Of a stretch of DNA of 64,000 nucleotides, positions 37,512-50,569 are shown in pieces. Origin of the DNA: Ramazzottius varieornatus (taxonomy: Eukaryota > Animalia > Tardigrada); assembly GCA_001949185.1 (NCBI GenBank), contig BDGG01000001.1, positions 1,236,263-1,300,262 on the forward strand. Reading direction: 5' to 3'. The position numbers were made by a program, and so were the translations under genes. The stretch's first letter is position 1, and every line of letters begins with the position of its first letter. The notes under the pieces were generated by a model. The model ran no database searches. It saw nothing but the letters and a program-made list of their open reading frames with translations, and was not told where the DNA came from.

Positions 37512-38447
37512 TCAAGATGCAGGAGCAGGCCTCTTCCCTCCAATCCCCAACACCACACAGCAATCCAGGGCGTAATTTTGTTGTTGCGCAGTTCTGGCCC
37601 ACACATCCTTCATCTCGTACATCATGATGTGCAGGTCCGCAACCTTGGAGAAATCGGAAGACCCAACGATGGCCTTGATGGCTTCCCGACTGCTGCACAT
37701 CAACGTTCTCAAGGTGTATACTGTACAGACATTCAGCTGTAGAATCTCCTTATGTAGTCCATCGTTGACTTTGTCCACCGGGATATCCCTCAGGTAGTCC
37801 AGCAGAGCCTTAATACCGCCTGCAAACGATAAACTCAAACCGAAAGTCGTGGAAAATTCTCGGTTAACCCGACTGATAAACGACTGGACGGCACATGCTT
37901 TTGCACGCGGTATGTGTATGGCAGAAGCATGATGCTATGTTTCCGGGTTAGTGCTACTGTACCTTTCGAACACCACGTTCGACAGTTGACTTGATTGCCG
38001 TGACAAAGTATGGAAACAGCGGAGACGATCTGCAAGCGAAGAGCATAAGGAGTGTTGACATTTTGAAGGATACCAATCAGTATCGGGAAGATATCCTGAG
38101 CCTTGTGGATGAGCTCAAAGTCGTTGGCGGAGTAACAAAGCAGACAGATCTTGTGTAAGGTCTCGATGACGAGCGGCGAGGACGTCTCGTAGCTGTTGTC
38201 TTTGCAGATGTCCAGAAAGTCTTCGATGGTCTCTAGGATCTTTCGCTTGTGTGGATCCATCCATTGTGCCTCCAGCTCCGTGAGAACATGGCTATCTTTC
38301 GCGCGACGCTGGACCGTAGCAGGTTGGCCGTGAAAACCGTTACGGATGAAGTTGGCGGTCTTGACCAAAGGCGAAACGATCGCGTCCACGATCGACATTT
38401 TGGCACGAACGAGACGAAGAGCTTCAGCGTTTGTCAATAGCTGTAAC
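37512..38447 (-). CDS. Uncharacterised alpha-helical (ARM/HEAT-like) protein, multi-exon; ends uncertain
   Basis: Long ORFs with amphipathic helices (IFPILIGIL, LRLQIVSAVSILCHGNQVN, GGIKALLDYL) separated by a GT-AG intron. Confidence 0.5.
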
Positions 38448-38985
38448 TAGTGAACGGAATACAAATTTCGAGTCTTAGCAATAACCCTGCTGACCAGGAA
38501 GTTTTCTGGTATCGGACTGCGTCACCCAGTTTCAACCGGAAGTACCCTACTTCTGAACCGCGCGACGTTCATCGGATGATATTTAATGCACTGAGGCTCA
38601 CTGGGCTGTACGGATCTTTATGGCAGCAAGGTACAGGAGATTTCATCGTGCAGGATAAGCGAGGTAGTTAGTCGTGCACCGGGAATGACAGCTTAGAATC
38701 GAGGAAAGGCAGAAGGTTTAACACAGAATCTTAATGACATGGAAACTGCAGGACAAAGTAAAAGAAGCCATATGTGCTCAAGTTGCTTCATTGCAGATCA
38801 ATACAGCATCAAGATAAAACTACTAGCAAGGCTACTTGGGTCAGATAAACGTCAGTACAATAAGTTAAGGTCGGTTGAGATGTTTCACAGGGAGATTTTT
38901 TTACCAAAGCGCTGGATGCTCCTCTATTTCGGGATTCCAGAAGACTATCAATCAAAGAACGCTACATTATGGATTTTCGCAGACT

Positions 38986-40177
38986 TCAACTGAGTAACCG
39001 CGTCAGAGTGATATATTTCGACTGTGAACTTACATTACGTTCGTTCTTCAAAGCGCGAGCATACCACTCGAACTGCTTGCACATGGCTTCCGACGCTTTA
39101 GTCAAGGGACCTTCCGCTGTCACCTCTCCGTCCTCCGTGATGGCTTCGTGAACTTTAGGAATTACTGCAAGACAAGAAACCAAAGTCGAAAGCTGCCGAC
39201 ATCTTGCAGAGCACTGAAGGGAGCTCGGCAGAAATTTGACAGATCAGATTCCAGTGGCGTACGCTTCCAGCCAATATCACTGAAAGCATGCGCCACTTGA
39301 CAATGCGATCTGTTCGAATTTGTTGTCTGAATATTTGCCCAGTGCGAATTACGTGAAAGAATTCCAAAGACTATACTAAGTCTTCACGACGTACCAGTCA
39401 TACTAGGCATATGAACAGTGGTTAGTTCGGACAAAAACTGCCGAAGCTGCATGGCAGCTCGGATTCCACCAAACTGTCCCATGGAGTAAGTGACGATAGC
39501 GCTGGGACGATAAGCATACCTGCAAAGCAAACAATTGACATATCACCGGTAAGAGGATGTCTACACTCGAGCCTGTCCATTAAGGTATTAACAGATTAAA
39601 AATCGATTGGGAGCGTTGCTGCCACTTACGATAAAGGCGGAAAGTTGTCCATGATGGAGCACAAAGCCGGGCTGATTGCTGAGTTGTATTCGGCAGCCAC
39701 CACCACGAAGCCATCAGCCTTCTTTATCTTGTCATTCAGCTCATGCAGAATGGCCGGAGCTTCGGCGGGATCCTTGTAGAAGTGCAGAGGTTGGATAACC
39801 TCACCCAGATCCAAGGCTTTCGGATCGACAATCTCCACCGTGTGCGAACGCTTTTCCAGCAACTGCAAAAAAAAACCAAAGTCCGGAATGTCCCAATAAG
39901 TAACCATCGAGCTGCCAGACAGTCATGTAGCACGCCATCAGTTACATATCGTACTGCAGCACTCATGGGAAAATAATGTGTTATATTACCAGGCGGCTTA
40001 ACAAAAAACGGAAAAATTTCCATGGCGCACCGTTGTGTTGAGGAATTACCTTGTAGAAAACTTCTAAAATTTCGCTCAACTTACTTTTTGGATGAATTTT
40101 CCAACACGGGTGGCCATTCGGTTTTCTCGCACGCTCCCGAGGAATACCATGATGTTCAGTCCAGATTTAGCTGCCAT
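38986..40177 (-). CDS. NADPH-dependent FMN reductase (flavodoxin-like), copy A, 4 exons
   Basis: FLGSVRENR, ADGFVVVAAEYN..ISPAL, RPSAIVTYSMGQFGGIRAAMQLR. Confidence 0.9.
39241..39311. repeat. Intronic inverted-repeat unit, FMN reductase copy A last intron
   Basis: agatcagattccagtggcgta-N27-tgcgccacttgacaatgcgatct. Confidence 0.85.
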
Positions 40178-40813
40178 GTTCACTACGCGTGGACGAGCAA
40201 GCAGGTAGGAGTAGTACAGAAGCCGGCAGGAAGGACAGCTGAAACGACAACGGTGAGCCTGATTCCGATAGCAATAATTGCCGTCCCTTGTGCATGCAGC
40301 GTTGCAAGGTGTTGTGGAGCTGGTAACTTACCCGAGATATCGACCCTCTAGCAAAACCAGGAAGCCGCAAGGAAAGGGGCTGGCGCGAAGAGAAAGGATT
40401 GACAGGATGACGGAAGTTAACAGAAGCGGAATGGAGGTGATCTGCTCGCCTATATACAGTACACACCTCGATGGCTGATGATGTCAAAAGCTGCTTTGAG
40501 CAAAGTCTGCTTGACATTGCAGTGACGTCAGCGCGGTGATACAGCACAATACGAACATATCGGTGTTCCACACGCGGAGAGCTTATCCGAGAAAGGAGAA
40601 AGAGAGCTAGCTGGAAACGAGAAACCGGAAATCTACTCTATTCAAGGTCTCTTGGCACGTGGTAAATGCGTGCATGACAAGGCGAAAAACATCCAACAAG
40701 TACGACAGCAGAGAACACTGGTAGGTGAGTCAAACAAAAGCTACGTACACCAGAAACACCGAAAAAAAAACAGACAATATCCTGATATTCTGAAACGAGC
40801 ATCCATCTAATCA

Positions 40814-42525
40814 TTATCCTGGTTGTAAGCTCTTCGGAGGTCCGACTGCTGCTCGCTGCTTCTTCATACCGTCGGCGTACCATTCAAGTTGCATGATAGT
40901 AGTATCCGTGGCAGTTTTGAGCGGGCCTTCAGCTTGTGCCGGTACTCCTTGTTCGTTGAGCGTTTCGTGGACTTTCGGAATTACTGAAAGAAGAAACCTC
41001 TAGATTGGGATATACAAAACCGCACAGGCAAATTTTGGCACGAAGAACGCCAGCATTACCAATCATGCTGGGTACGTGGACAGTCATCAGGTCTGATAGA
41101 TATTGCCGAAGTTGCATGGCTGCGCGAATTCCGCCAAACTGACCCATCGAATACGTCACAATTGCAGATGGGCGGTGGGACCACGATAGCGGTGGGAAAT
41201 GGTCCATTAAACTACAAAGTGCGGGGGAGATCCCGGAGTTATACTCTGCAAAACACATCCCATGCGATTATTTGCATAGCAGACTGACATAAGATTTTGT
41301 AGGTCCAAAGCTCGTCTGACTGGATGGTATCTGATTGTATACCTGCAGCAACAACCACAAACGAGTCTGCTTCCGTAATCTGCTTGTTAATGACAAGCAA
41401 GTCCTTCGGAACATCGGCGGGGTTTTTATAAAAATGGACAGGCTGGATTAGCTGGCCAAGGTTATGTTCTTTCGGATCTGTAATTCGTAACCAGAAGGAT
41501 CACTATTAATTTTTCGTTTTGAATTGTCAACGCTGACAACGCTGATTAAGCAAAGGACGACAGCATATTTACCGAGAAGGGTAACATGATGGTTTCTTGA
41601 CTGAAGTGCCGTCTGGACATACTTGGCTACACGCGTACACATCCGCCCTTCGCGGACACTACCCAGCACCAGTATGATATTCAGTGGACCTCCGATAGGC
41701 TTGCCGGACATTCTTGAAGCTGTGGGCGTACTATACCTAGTAAAGGTTGGAGATGCGACGCTTCGAGATGCGACGCTTGGAGATGTGGCAGTTGGGTATA
41801 CGGGAGAGGTGAAGGTTGGAGATATGGGACCGAAGTCGGGATCGTGAACGTTGTAATGGGAAGTACGAGACCAAGAGCGGACGGGATAGGGACGACTGGC
41901 GCCAGTGAGTCGACCGCTGGCTGAGGAAGACGGGCGACTAACAGTAGGAGTAAGATCAACGTAGTTGGCTGCGCCGACCACTTTCCGAATACTGAGGTCG
42001 TTGTCCGGCGAATCTCCTGCGAAACAAGAAAGAAAATAATTCTGGCTGGGATACTGGGAAATTCGAAAAAAAAACAATCAGCCGGGTGGAATCTTTCGCG
42101 CTGTCGTCTGCCACAAAGTTATGATTGTCTGGATAGATGAGATAATTTTAAAAAGTAGCGCAAGTGCCGAGGGCGGGTTGCTCACAGAAAATCGATGTAC
42201 GAAAGTTTGCATGACAACGTATACAGTAGACCGCGTCCTTTCGTTACATAACGTTGGCTGTGAGCTGCGCTAAGTGACTTTTCATGTAGGAAAGTTCCCA
42301 CTGGCGGTTTTGGTCGAGGTGATCTACAGCCTTGAAGATTGTTGCTGATGCAAAAGAGAGACAGGAACTTTGTAGTTATGTTTTCGAGGTTGACTTACGT
42401 ATGGGAATATTGGTGACAAAATGTAGGTCGTCATCGTCATCATCATCATCCAGTTCGCGAAAGGCAGGCTCGCTGCTGCCCTCTCGTGATTGCCGAGAAC
42501 CGTAGTCCGATCCGTAGCTACTCAT
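40814..42525 (-). CDS. NADPH-dependent FMN reductase copy B with acidic and Ser/Pro/Thr-rich N-terminal extension
   Basis: VLGSVREGR, EYNSGISPAL, GQFGGIRAAMQLR, stop at 40814. The upstream exon with poly-Asp (42525-~42399) is tentative. Confidence 0.85.
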
Positions 42526-43144
42526 GACCAATTACTGGTTTGAAACGGAAGTTGTAGGTAGAAGAAACTCAGGTGTCTGCTCCCAAACCGCGAAAAGCTT
42601 CCGGGCATCGGGAAGCAATCTGTACGGACATCGGAAGACTACGTGGGATGCAACCAGCCAACAGGCTGTAAAGCTTTCGGCAAATGCTGATTACCGGATT
42701 AAGCCTTCCATCTTTACAAACATGAGACACGGTGATAGGTACCGGTACTGCCAAGAACGATGTTACTGGCGCTCAGTCTGCGCTGTGTCAATATTGCGAG
42801 CATCATCTTAGCGATTCAAAAGCGCAACCTCAGCATCTTTTGTCTGATCTTACGGCACCGTTTTATTCCTGACTCGCCACTTTTTCATATCGCTAAGAAT
42901 CTGTCAGCCTGGGTGTGGAGCTCAGACTTGATACCCAACGCCCGCGCGTCTGATCTTTATTTGCAAAGTTACTGTAGCTCCCAAACTCTAGATAATTAAC
43001 CCGAAACAGTTTATATACTGTGCAACATTAATAGTAGCAATCTCGAGCAATTGACATGACACGTGACATTTTCACTACTGTAGATCAAACTTCCGTTAAT
43101 ACTGATATTCTGTCGATGTGAAGTATACTACATAGTCTAGATGT

Positions 43145-45247
43145 TTATCCCAGAAAATCGAACAGTTTCGACCAAAAGCCGGAAGGTCTTTCGGTAGTTG
43201 TGATTAAACCCTTATTAAGATAAGAATTGGCGTCACGAACTGCCGGTGGTGAAGCGCCACCTGAGCTCACAGTATTTGTGCTGGGAACGATCACATTGGG
43301 TGACGGGTTGGGTGTTGCTTGCTGGAGACTGTTGACTGTTTGGCCGTCCAGCGCATCGGTGCACAGGTAAAAGTTTCGGGCGAATAGGCTCAGCGTAGCC
43401 AGATGCTCAATCTTGCACATGGTGCCTGCAGTCTTGGGGACACATTTGGACAGATCAGGAGAGAACTTGGCGCGGCAGATATCCGAGCTGCCGAACATGG
43501 AGTGTGGTGGGTCCAGTTTGAGTATTTGGTCGGGCTGAACGGAAAAGTCGATGCATGGCAGTACTTCCGGGTTGGCAACGTTGGGACCTTGCGGCAGACA
43601 GGCTTTGGCGGCCTGTACCACATCTGCAAAACACAAACTGGATCATCATCGCCCGCCACGAATCAGCCAGCCCGCAAAATTCAAACTGATTAGCAATAAT
43701 TATTTCTGAAGATATATATAATTTACTGTACCTCGCAGATCGTCGGTGTCGGAACTTTTGTTGGAATACAAGGAGAGCACGTGTCGCAGTGATGTCATGA
43801 TGGGTTCTTCTTGTACAACTGTATTGACCGCCAGTTGCGCCTGTAATGGGAAGAAAGCCACCATGAATCTAATTCGACAGCACCGGAAAAAAGAGCGGGG
43901 CTTACCTTAGAAACTTTGATGTTGCAAGTGTTCACATCGAATCCGGTTGGTATCGTGAAAATATCCGCGGAGCTATTATAGTTTGCATACGCGTCCACCG
44001 AAGCTGTCAGGAGCTCCGTCATGAAATTGGCCTTCTCCTGAATCGTTGTCTTTGAGATATTGTCATTGGCTAAGAACTCCAGCGCCATGTTAGGCAGTTC
44101 TGCAAACGGCAGTTCTCGGTTCCACCTGGCGATCATACAGGCATCCACGTTCTTCTGCGGCAAGGCCGCTACCGCCGCTGTAGCCGGAGCAACTTGTCCC
44201 GGCGCAACAGGTGCAGTTCCGCTGCTGGTGTTGGTCGCAGTGCCGCCGACAATGTTGTTGTTGACAATGACGGTGGTGTTTGTTCCTCCTGGGTAATATT
44301 GACTGTATCGGTCACGGTAAGGTACATAACCTCCACCATAGCCTGGGTATCCATACCCATAGCCATACCCGAATGGACTGTACAGAGAACCGAGCGCATG
44401 TCCGAGATAGTAACCACCGACACCTGCTGCCAGACCGGTGGCAATGAGGGAGCCGGTACCGAAACCGCCACCACCGAAACCACCTCTTCCGTAATAGCCC
44501 CCTCGTCCATAGGAATTGTAGGTGTTGTACGTTGGAGAGTAGACGACTTTGGAGGGAACCGAAGAAGAAGCCGATGGGGTGTTGATTGCAGGCCGACTAC
44601 CGAAACCTGAACAAAGTAGAATAATTGGATTGTTGTTTGGGAAAACCAAGCTGGTTTGTAGTTTATACCTGATCTGGAGGCGCCACCTACTCCAGTGTAT
44701 CGGTTCCGAAGTGAGTCCAAGCCGCCGCCAGATGGCGCAGACGATCCGTAACGAGTTGCACCCGAACTACTACCGAAGATGCCCCCAGTACTCGACCCGG
44801 AACCATATCGAGTGCCAAGTCCCGAGGAACCGTAAGTGTTACTGCCGTAACGTGTGAGAGCGGCACCACCGAGTGCACCGGCACCAACTGCTCCTGCGCC
44901 CACTGCGGCGCCTGATCCGAGAGATGAGCCATAGCGAGTACCGCCACCGAAACCGCTGCTACTGCTGGGGCTGAATCGTGAGCCGGAACTGTAACCGAGA
45001 CCAGATGGCGCAGAGGAACCGAAACGGCTGGAGGAACTGAGACCGCTACTTCCACTGCCTACCCATCGACTACCGCCAATACGTCTTGAAGAGACGGATG
45101 AGATCAGTATACATATCACTGTAAGTCCAAAACACAGCACACAGGTTAGATTGACATAACGGACATTCTTTGATGTTTGGGCTTACCAGTAAAGCTGAAT
45201 ACCCGTTTTCTAGTGGAGAGAATTGGTCGATTCCGCTCAGGACCCAT
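43145..45247 (-). CDS. Secreted Gly/Ser/Tyr-rich low-complexity protein with Cys-rich C-terminal domain
   Basis: Signal-like VFSFTVICILISSVSS, TRYGS repeats, GYG repeats, hydrophobic GLAAGVGGYYLGHALG, several Cys-containing downstream exons. Confidence 0.75.
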
Positions 45248-46040
45248 GTTCACTGAAAAGGTGTAGTTTAGAGGTGAATTTTGGATATCGATATTTTTCG
45301 AAAGGGGAAGAATCAGTCCACGTTCGTTCCAAGTTTGAAAAAGCAGGAATTAAAAAAATGCAGAAAGAAAAACAAGTGACGCAGTAAACGTTAACGTCGT
45401 TTAGTGTCTTGTCATAGCAAAGGCTTGGTTTATATACACGTCAAGAAAAAAACAACTGAAGGCGGAAAACCGGTTTCTAAAGGATTGTGTATCGAGACAA
45501 TCAAATACGGAGCGTAGACCCTATTGACACGATTGACGATATGTAGACGATGATCAGTGACTCAGAAATGTCTTACGCAAACAGTTGATGACTGCAACAG
45601 CAGTTCTGCGTACTGTATCCCTCGAAAGTTCTACGAATCACGTGACTGTCGTGGTAAATATCATCCGGCGGGGAACAGAAAGTATCTATACCTTCAATCA
45701 AAGACTGCCCCCCAGTCAATGGGCGACAATCAAACAATCAGGGATACCAATGTGGGTGTAATTTACTGGCATGATGACGTAATTTGCAGAACTATCGAGG
45801 GAACACAGTACTACGACGTCACGGTTGAGAAAAACACAGGTAATACATTTACAATAGACCGGCAGTTTCCCACGGAGCTCTTCACTTTCTGCCCGTGACT
45901 TGAGACGTACATGCAGTAATCTGAGCTCTGAAAAACAAAAAAAACCTACTCTGTTCGAAACCCAGACTCTCAACAAGCAGATGGATCTCGAGGCACTACG
46001 TACAGTGTGAAATGGGAATATCGTGAACGATGATCGAGTA

Positions 46041-47046
46041 CTAGCAGAGGATACCCTTGAAAAGCCGCCAAAATTGGATGGCGCCAGAAAAGACATTTGT
46101 GTAAGTGGTGACATTAGGAAATGTACGCTTGATTTCAAGCAGGCGCGAAGTCGGGTTCGCCCCAGCACGAGCCCAACTGATCCAACTATCAACCGCTGAA
46201 CCCGAGCAGACATCACAGTTGAATGTGTTCTGGACGGTTACGTCCCTTGCCTGTACATGGCCGATCAGTTGGGCAGCAGGGTCAGACAGAGTGACCATCT
46301 TGGTGTTGTTGAGCGCAGTGATCCTCTTCAGCTCGTAGAACCACCGATCCGATGGTAAAGTGTCGCCATCTGGATGGACGTTGATTTCCCTCAAGTTTAG
46401 AACTGGACAATCTACAAAGCAGAGCCAATGTTTGAAGGGATAAAGGAAGTGGAAATTAGTCGCCGTCAGACTTACGTCCATCGTACAGTAAAATGCCAGC
46501 AAGGCGTTCCATGGGAGGACCGACAAGTGTGTGTCTCGGGATAGCAAGAACAGCGACGGGAAGATCGGTCCAAAGAGCGGACAACGGCGAGCTCGTCCAC
46601 CGAATGCTTTTGGGTGGATACTCCGAAGGCTGCAGTTAGTGAAGTGAAGAGTACGCAGGTCGGTGAAGTTTGCAATATCGTTCTCATCGAGGCTGACCAA
46701 ATTCGAATGGGTAAACAGCAGAGTGGTGACGCCAAATCGCGTAGCGTTCTCCAGCAAACGCGGGAGTGGCACCTTCTGGCCAGCAACACCTCTTGACGTG
46801 GTAAGACTTAGCTGGGTGAAGTTAACCAGTGGCGGTATGGAAGCACTGTTTTGGAAAGGTTACGTTGACTATGGAGAGGTACCTGGTGGAGGCATTGATA
46901 AACGGGGGAACATCTTGTGGCCATTCGCCGTGCTCGCACACCGCGCTGTAGTAATTGTAGCGGCAAGTTCGGGTGACGTCGCAGTTGACACAGAGAGTCA
47001 GAAGTACCAGGACGGTGGCCAAAGCAACCTCAAGAAAAACAGGCAT
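46041..47046 (-). pseudogene. Secreted LRR protein, frameshifted near 46850
   Basis: Signal peptide, Cys cap (C..VCEH..PQDVP), LRR units LxxLxFxNCSLRSIHPKAF and FNCDVC cap. N-terminal ORF and main ORF are in different frames. Confidence 0.55.
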
Positions 47047-49437
47047 TATAGCCAGACGGACATTCGATAGGGTTAATTAATAACGAAAACACGTCTTATA
47101 GCCCATAGTTCGGGCAAACGTTCAACTAAGAGCAGGCCTTGTTTCGGGTGATGGTCCAGCACGGTTGAGGTAACGATTAAAGGAGCCGACGTCGAACTAA
47201 TCGTTTGCGTATGCGTGATCCGATAGGCCGAAGTCAAGATTAAATTATAGTTTCTTCTGAGATGATCTGTTCAAAAATCTGTCGCGACAAAGTACGTATC
47301 AAAACCACATTATGACTCCATACAAGTAACAACCCGCTAGCAAAGTGAACCACAACCAGCGCGCACGTTGCACTCCTCGGTCTGTCTTTAGATGGGTAGT
47401 CGTCTACTCGTCACCAACAGCGGTGGCGCTGTTTAGTAGACTCTGCGGAAAAAAATTACCTTCGACGTAGAGTATTTTCGTGACGGTCGGTTCCTAAACG
47501 GGTCGGTCGGATTGGGGCAAATCCGAAGTTTTACATGTGAAATTTAGTGAGTGCAGTGCTCGTACAACGATCTAGCTTCGTTTCGACTGCTAACGTCAGA
47601 GCCAGGACTGCCATTCCACAACTGTTTTCCCCAAAGTCTATTACGCAGCGGCACTTCTCGATCTGGTCACCGAATCAACAATGAGCCTGCGTCGCCAGCT
47701 CGGACATTCCTTGCATACGCCAGCAGGCTAGAGATGTGTCAAGCGTTACCACACCTACGTAGAACGGACAATATTTGCAGAAAGAGGAATGCAGGTGTTT
47801 CAGAAGGAAGAAAATAGGCCAATAATCTATCTGACTCGGAATAGCACCAGCAAAATTTACTCAGCAGTAAGTTGGGCGTTTCCACCGGCGCTCGTCACGG
47901 AAACGGTGGTGCCACCAGCATGGAGAATGGCGGTCTGGCCTGGGTCAATTTGGGCCGCCGCTCTTGTTTGCCCATTGGTTCCCTGGAGGGTAAATACAGG
48001 TGGTCATCGCTCGTCATCGGAGGCGTTTCGATGCGGTCCCTAAAACGTACAATGCATACGACTGATATATTAGTGTATCAATACAGTAGCATGACATCCT
48101 TACTGCCCGGGCCGATTACCGGATTCGTTTCTGGATTTGAAGCCGCGGCCGAGTAACTGAGGGGTCACGGTTTCCGATGGACGATACATCTCAATTTCCT
48201 CCTGCTGTGTGCGGGTCTCTTCTGTGGCAGTAGTGGTCCTTTTCATTGTGGTCGGTCGTTCATCTCTCGGCAATCCCAGTGGCGCGCATTTGTGCTTGTA
48301 ATCAGACCAGTTCCAGGGCTTGCTGCACGTTGTTCACTGGCTGTATCTCACGCTTGTCGTACGAACCCCCACCCGGACAGTTGATTCGATCGAGGGTTTC
48401 GCACATCAGCCTTGTGGGCATGTATCCTGTCAGTTTCTCAGAATTGCTGTCGTTAGATCCATCGGAAGAAGCTATGGAGATATTGGTTAGTTATTAATAT
48501 GCATGTAAACACCGGGGTATATATTTCAGTCCTTACCAGCTGTTACTAGAGATTCCATAAACTTGCACAAGTCGGCAGCATCTAGCATGTGTACAGTATC
48601 GCCGTCGGCAGAACCTTCTTTGGCACGAGTGAGCTTTACTCTCCTAGATAGTGTGTATGGGAAGGATTAAGCAATCGAACAAAGCGATGCAGGTTGTGAA
48701 AGATGTATCCTTCTTATGCACTTGATGTGGGTGAAGATGGAGTGCCGGCCACCGCCTCGGGTTCATTGTCCATCCTCGTACGAAGCATCGGCCTCTCCTG
48801 ACGAGCCGGAAGCGGTTACAACGCGAATGCAGGAGTACTCGTCGTCGTTGCATCCCAAGTACTGCATAACCAACGACTTCTTTGTGACTACAACTTTGGC
48901 TCCCGCACCGACTGCGATTGCCCCGCTGTTGTCTGATGAGACCTACTCTATTTTGCCGATAACAGCACAAGTAACATGGCGGACTACCTGGGAGTACCTT
49001 CAACCGAAGCATAGGGTTAACGATATCACTAATCTTGTGGCTGGCAGACACTGTATGCAACGGTTGGGCTAGAAGGTGCTTATCTCTGGCTTTTCTCGGT
49101 CCGTCTCCTATACAGAGCTGGTAATTCACGAGGGAGAATGAAGGAACGCTAGAAGAAACTGTTAAAAGTGCAAAAACGAGATGAAATGAATGAGAATCGA
49201 AAAACTACATCGGCATTCCATAATTTCAGCGGCTCGGCACTGTATGAAACCAGAGGGCAAAGCCAGCTAAATGCCGCGCCATCTGCTGGCAGCGTTGGTT
49301 GATTCCTTTGTTCGATGTTCCAAGCGTGCTCAGATGTGGCACTGTCCACATGTGGGCATGATCGATTACCTGCTCGCATAGCCAAGAAAACGGGGAAGTC
49401 ACACGGTAAAATTCAGTGAATGTCCGCTCATGTAATT

Positions 49438-50019
49438 CTACCTGTCGATCTTACGGAGAGGAACGTGAGGAAAGCAACCAAAGCTGCAATCGACTGGTGG
49501 TCCGAGAGATATAAATGTGCCTCGTGAATGATTTGGGTGAGAAATTCCGTAGGTGTTCTGTGGCGTTACAGTGGCTCCACCCCATCCTTCTTCGGAATAC
49601 ACCCGCGCCACCACAGTGGGCATGTAGACAAGCACGCAGCCATAGCTCCAGATGTCTATTTTCTTGAGAGAAGACCTGTGTGTTGATACCATTCCAAATT
49701 CCAGATCGCCGATACCACTGACACAGTTAGAGTATGCAGGCCCACATGTGTTCGCCGTGCGCACGCTTTTGTTCTGATTAACGTCGATCATGTCGTCCAA
49801 ATCTCCGATTCCGTATACAGTACGGGTTTCCCGGTCTCTCGTAGAAAGAAAAAGGTTGTCGCGTTTAAGGTCGTGGGAACCCTCGACGCAATGAACTGCA
49901 TTTGGTCGTACCCCCGACCTACAGCTGTGAAAATTGGTGGCAGCACTGGAGCGGTTGGATGAGAGCATGGTGTAGGAGATACAACGTGGTGACCAAGAGC
50001 AGCTTTGTTGTAAGTACAC
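49438..50019 (-). pseudogene. Degenerate protein kinase remnant
   Basis: HDLKRDNLFL, IGDLDD and KIDIWSYGCVL resemble kinase subdomains VIb, VII and IX. N-lobe and APE motif not seen. Confidence 0.55.
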
Positions 50020-50569
50020 TTCTCTTTCCGCGGTGCAGTTTAGCCATAAAGCCTCGCCTAATTAAATTTGATGTTTGATTTACTAAACCACATTATATTA
50101 CTCCAACTGCAGCATGAGGAACAGATATTGTGCTCGACTTGCAGTCTTGCGGAAAGTTGGAATCAAGAGAGCAGCGGTTACAAAGGACAAAGAACTGGAC
50201 ACTCTGGACTGCTAGGTCTTTGCTCTAATGTTCATGGTTTGGAAGGACCTCGGCGAGCTACTGACCAATTTTCACACACGACTCCGGTTACGGTTGTTGG
50301 CTACAGTCAGAAAGCGAACGGGAGGTAGGAACTGAATCTGTGTAATTTTTTCTTTCATGTCCGGATATTATCCACCGTGCAACCTTGTGTCTTGGAATTC
50401 AAAATATTCGCTGAACTGATAGTATCACTAGAACTGATATCACTGAGGACCACATCGGGTTCGGATAGGAAAAAAAGCCTGCCCAACAAAGTACGAACTG
50501 CATGTTTTTCTGTTTATGGAACTTGGTCCATCAAACTACGGTAAACGTCGAAACAACTGGTGTACAAGG

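Noticed and set aside
47850-49130. Exon-like segments on both strands
   Set aside because: In-frame stops and no identifiable family.
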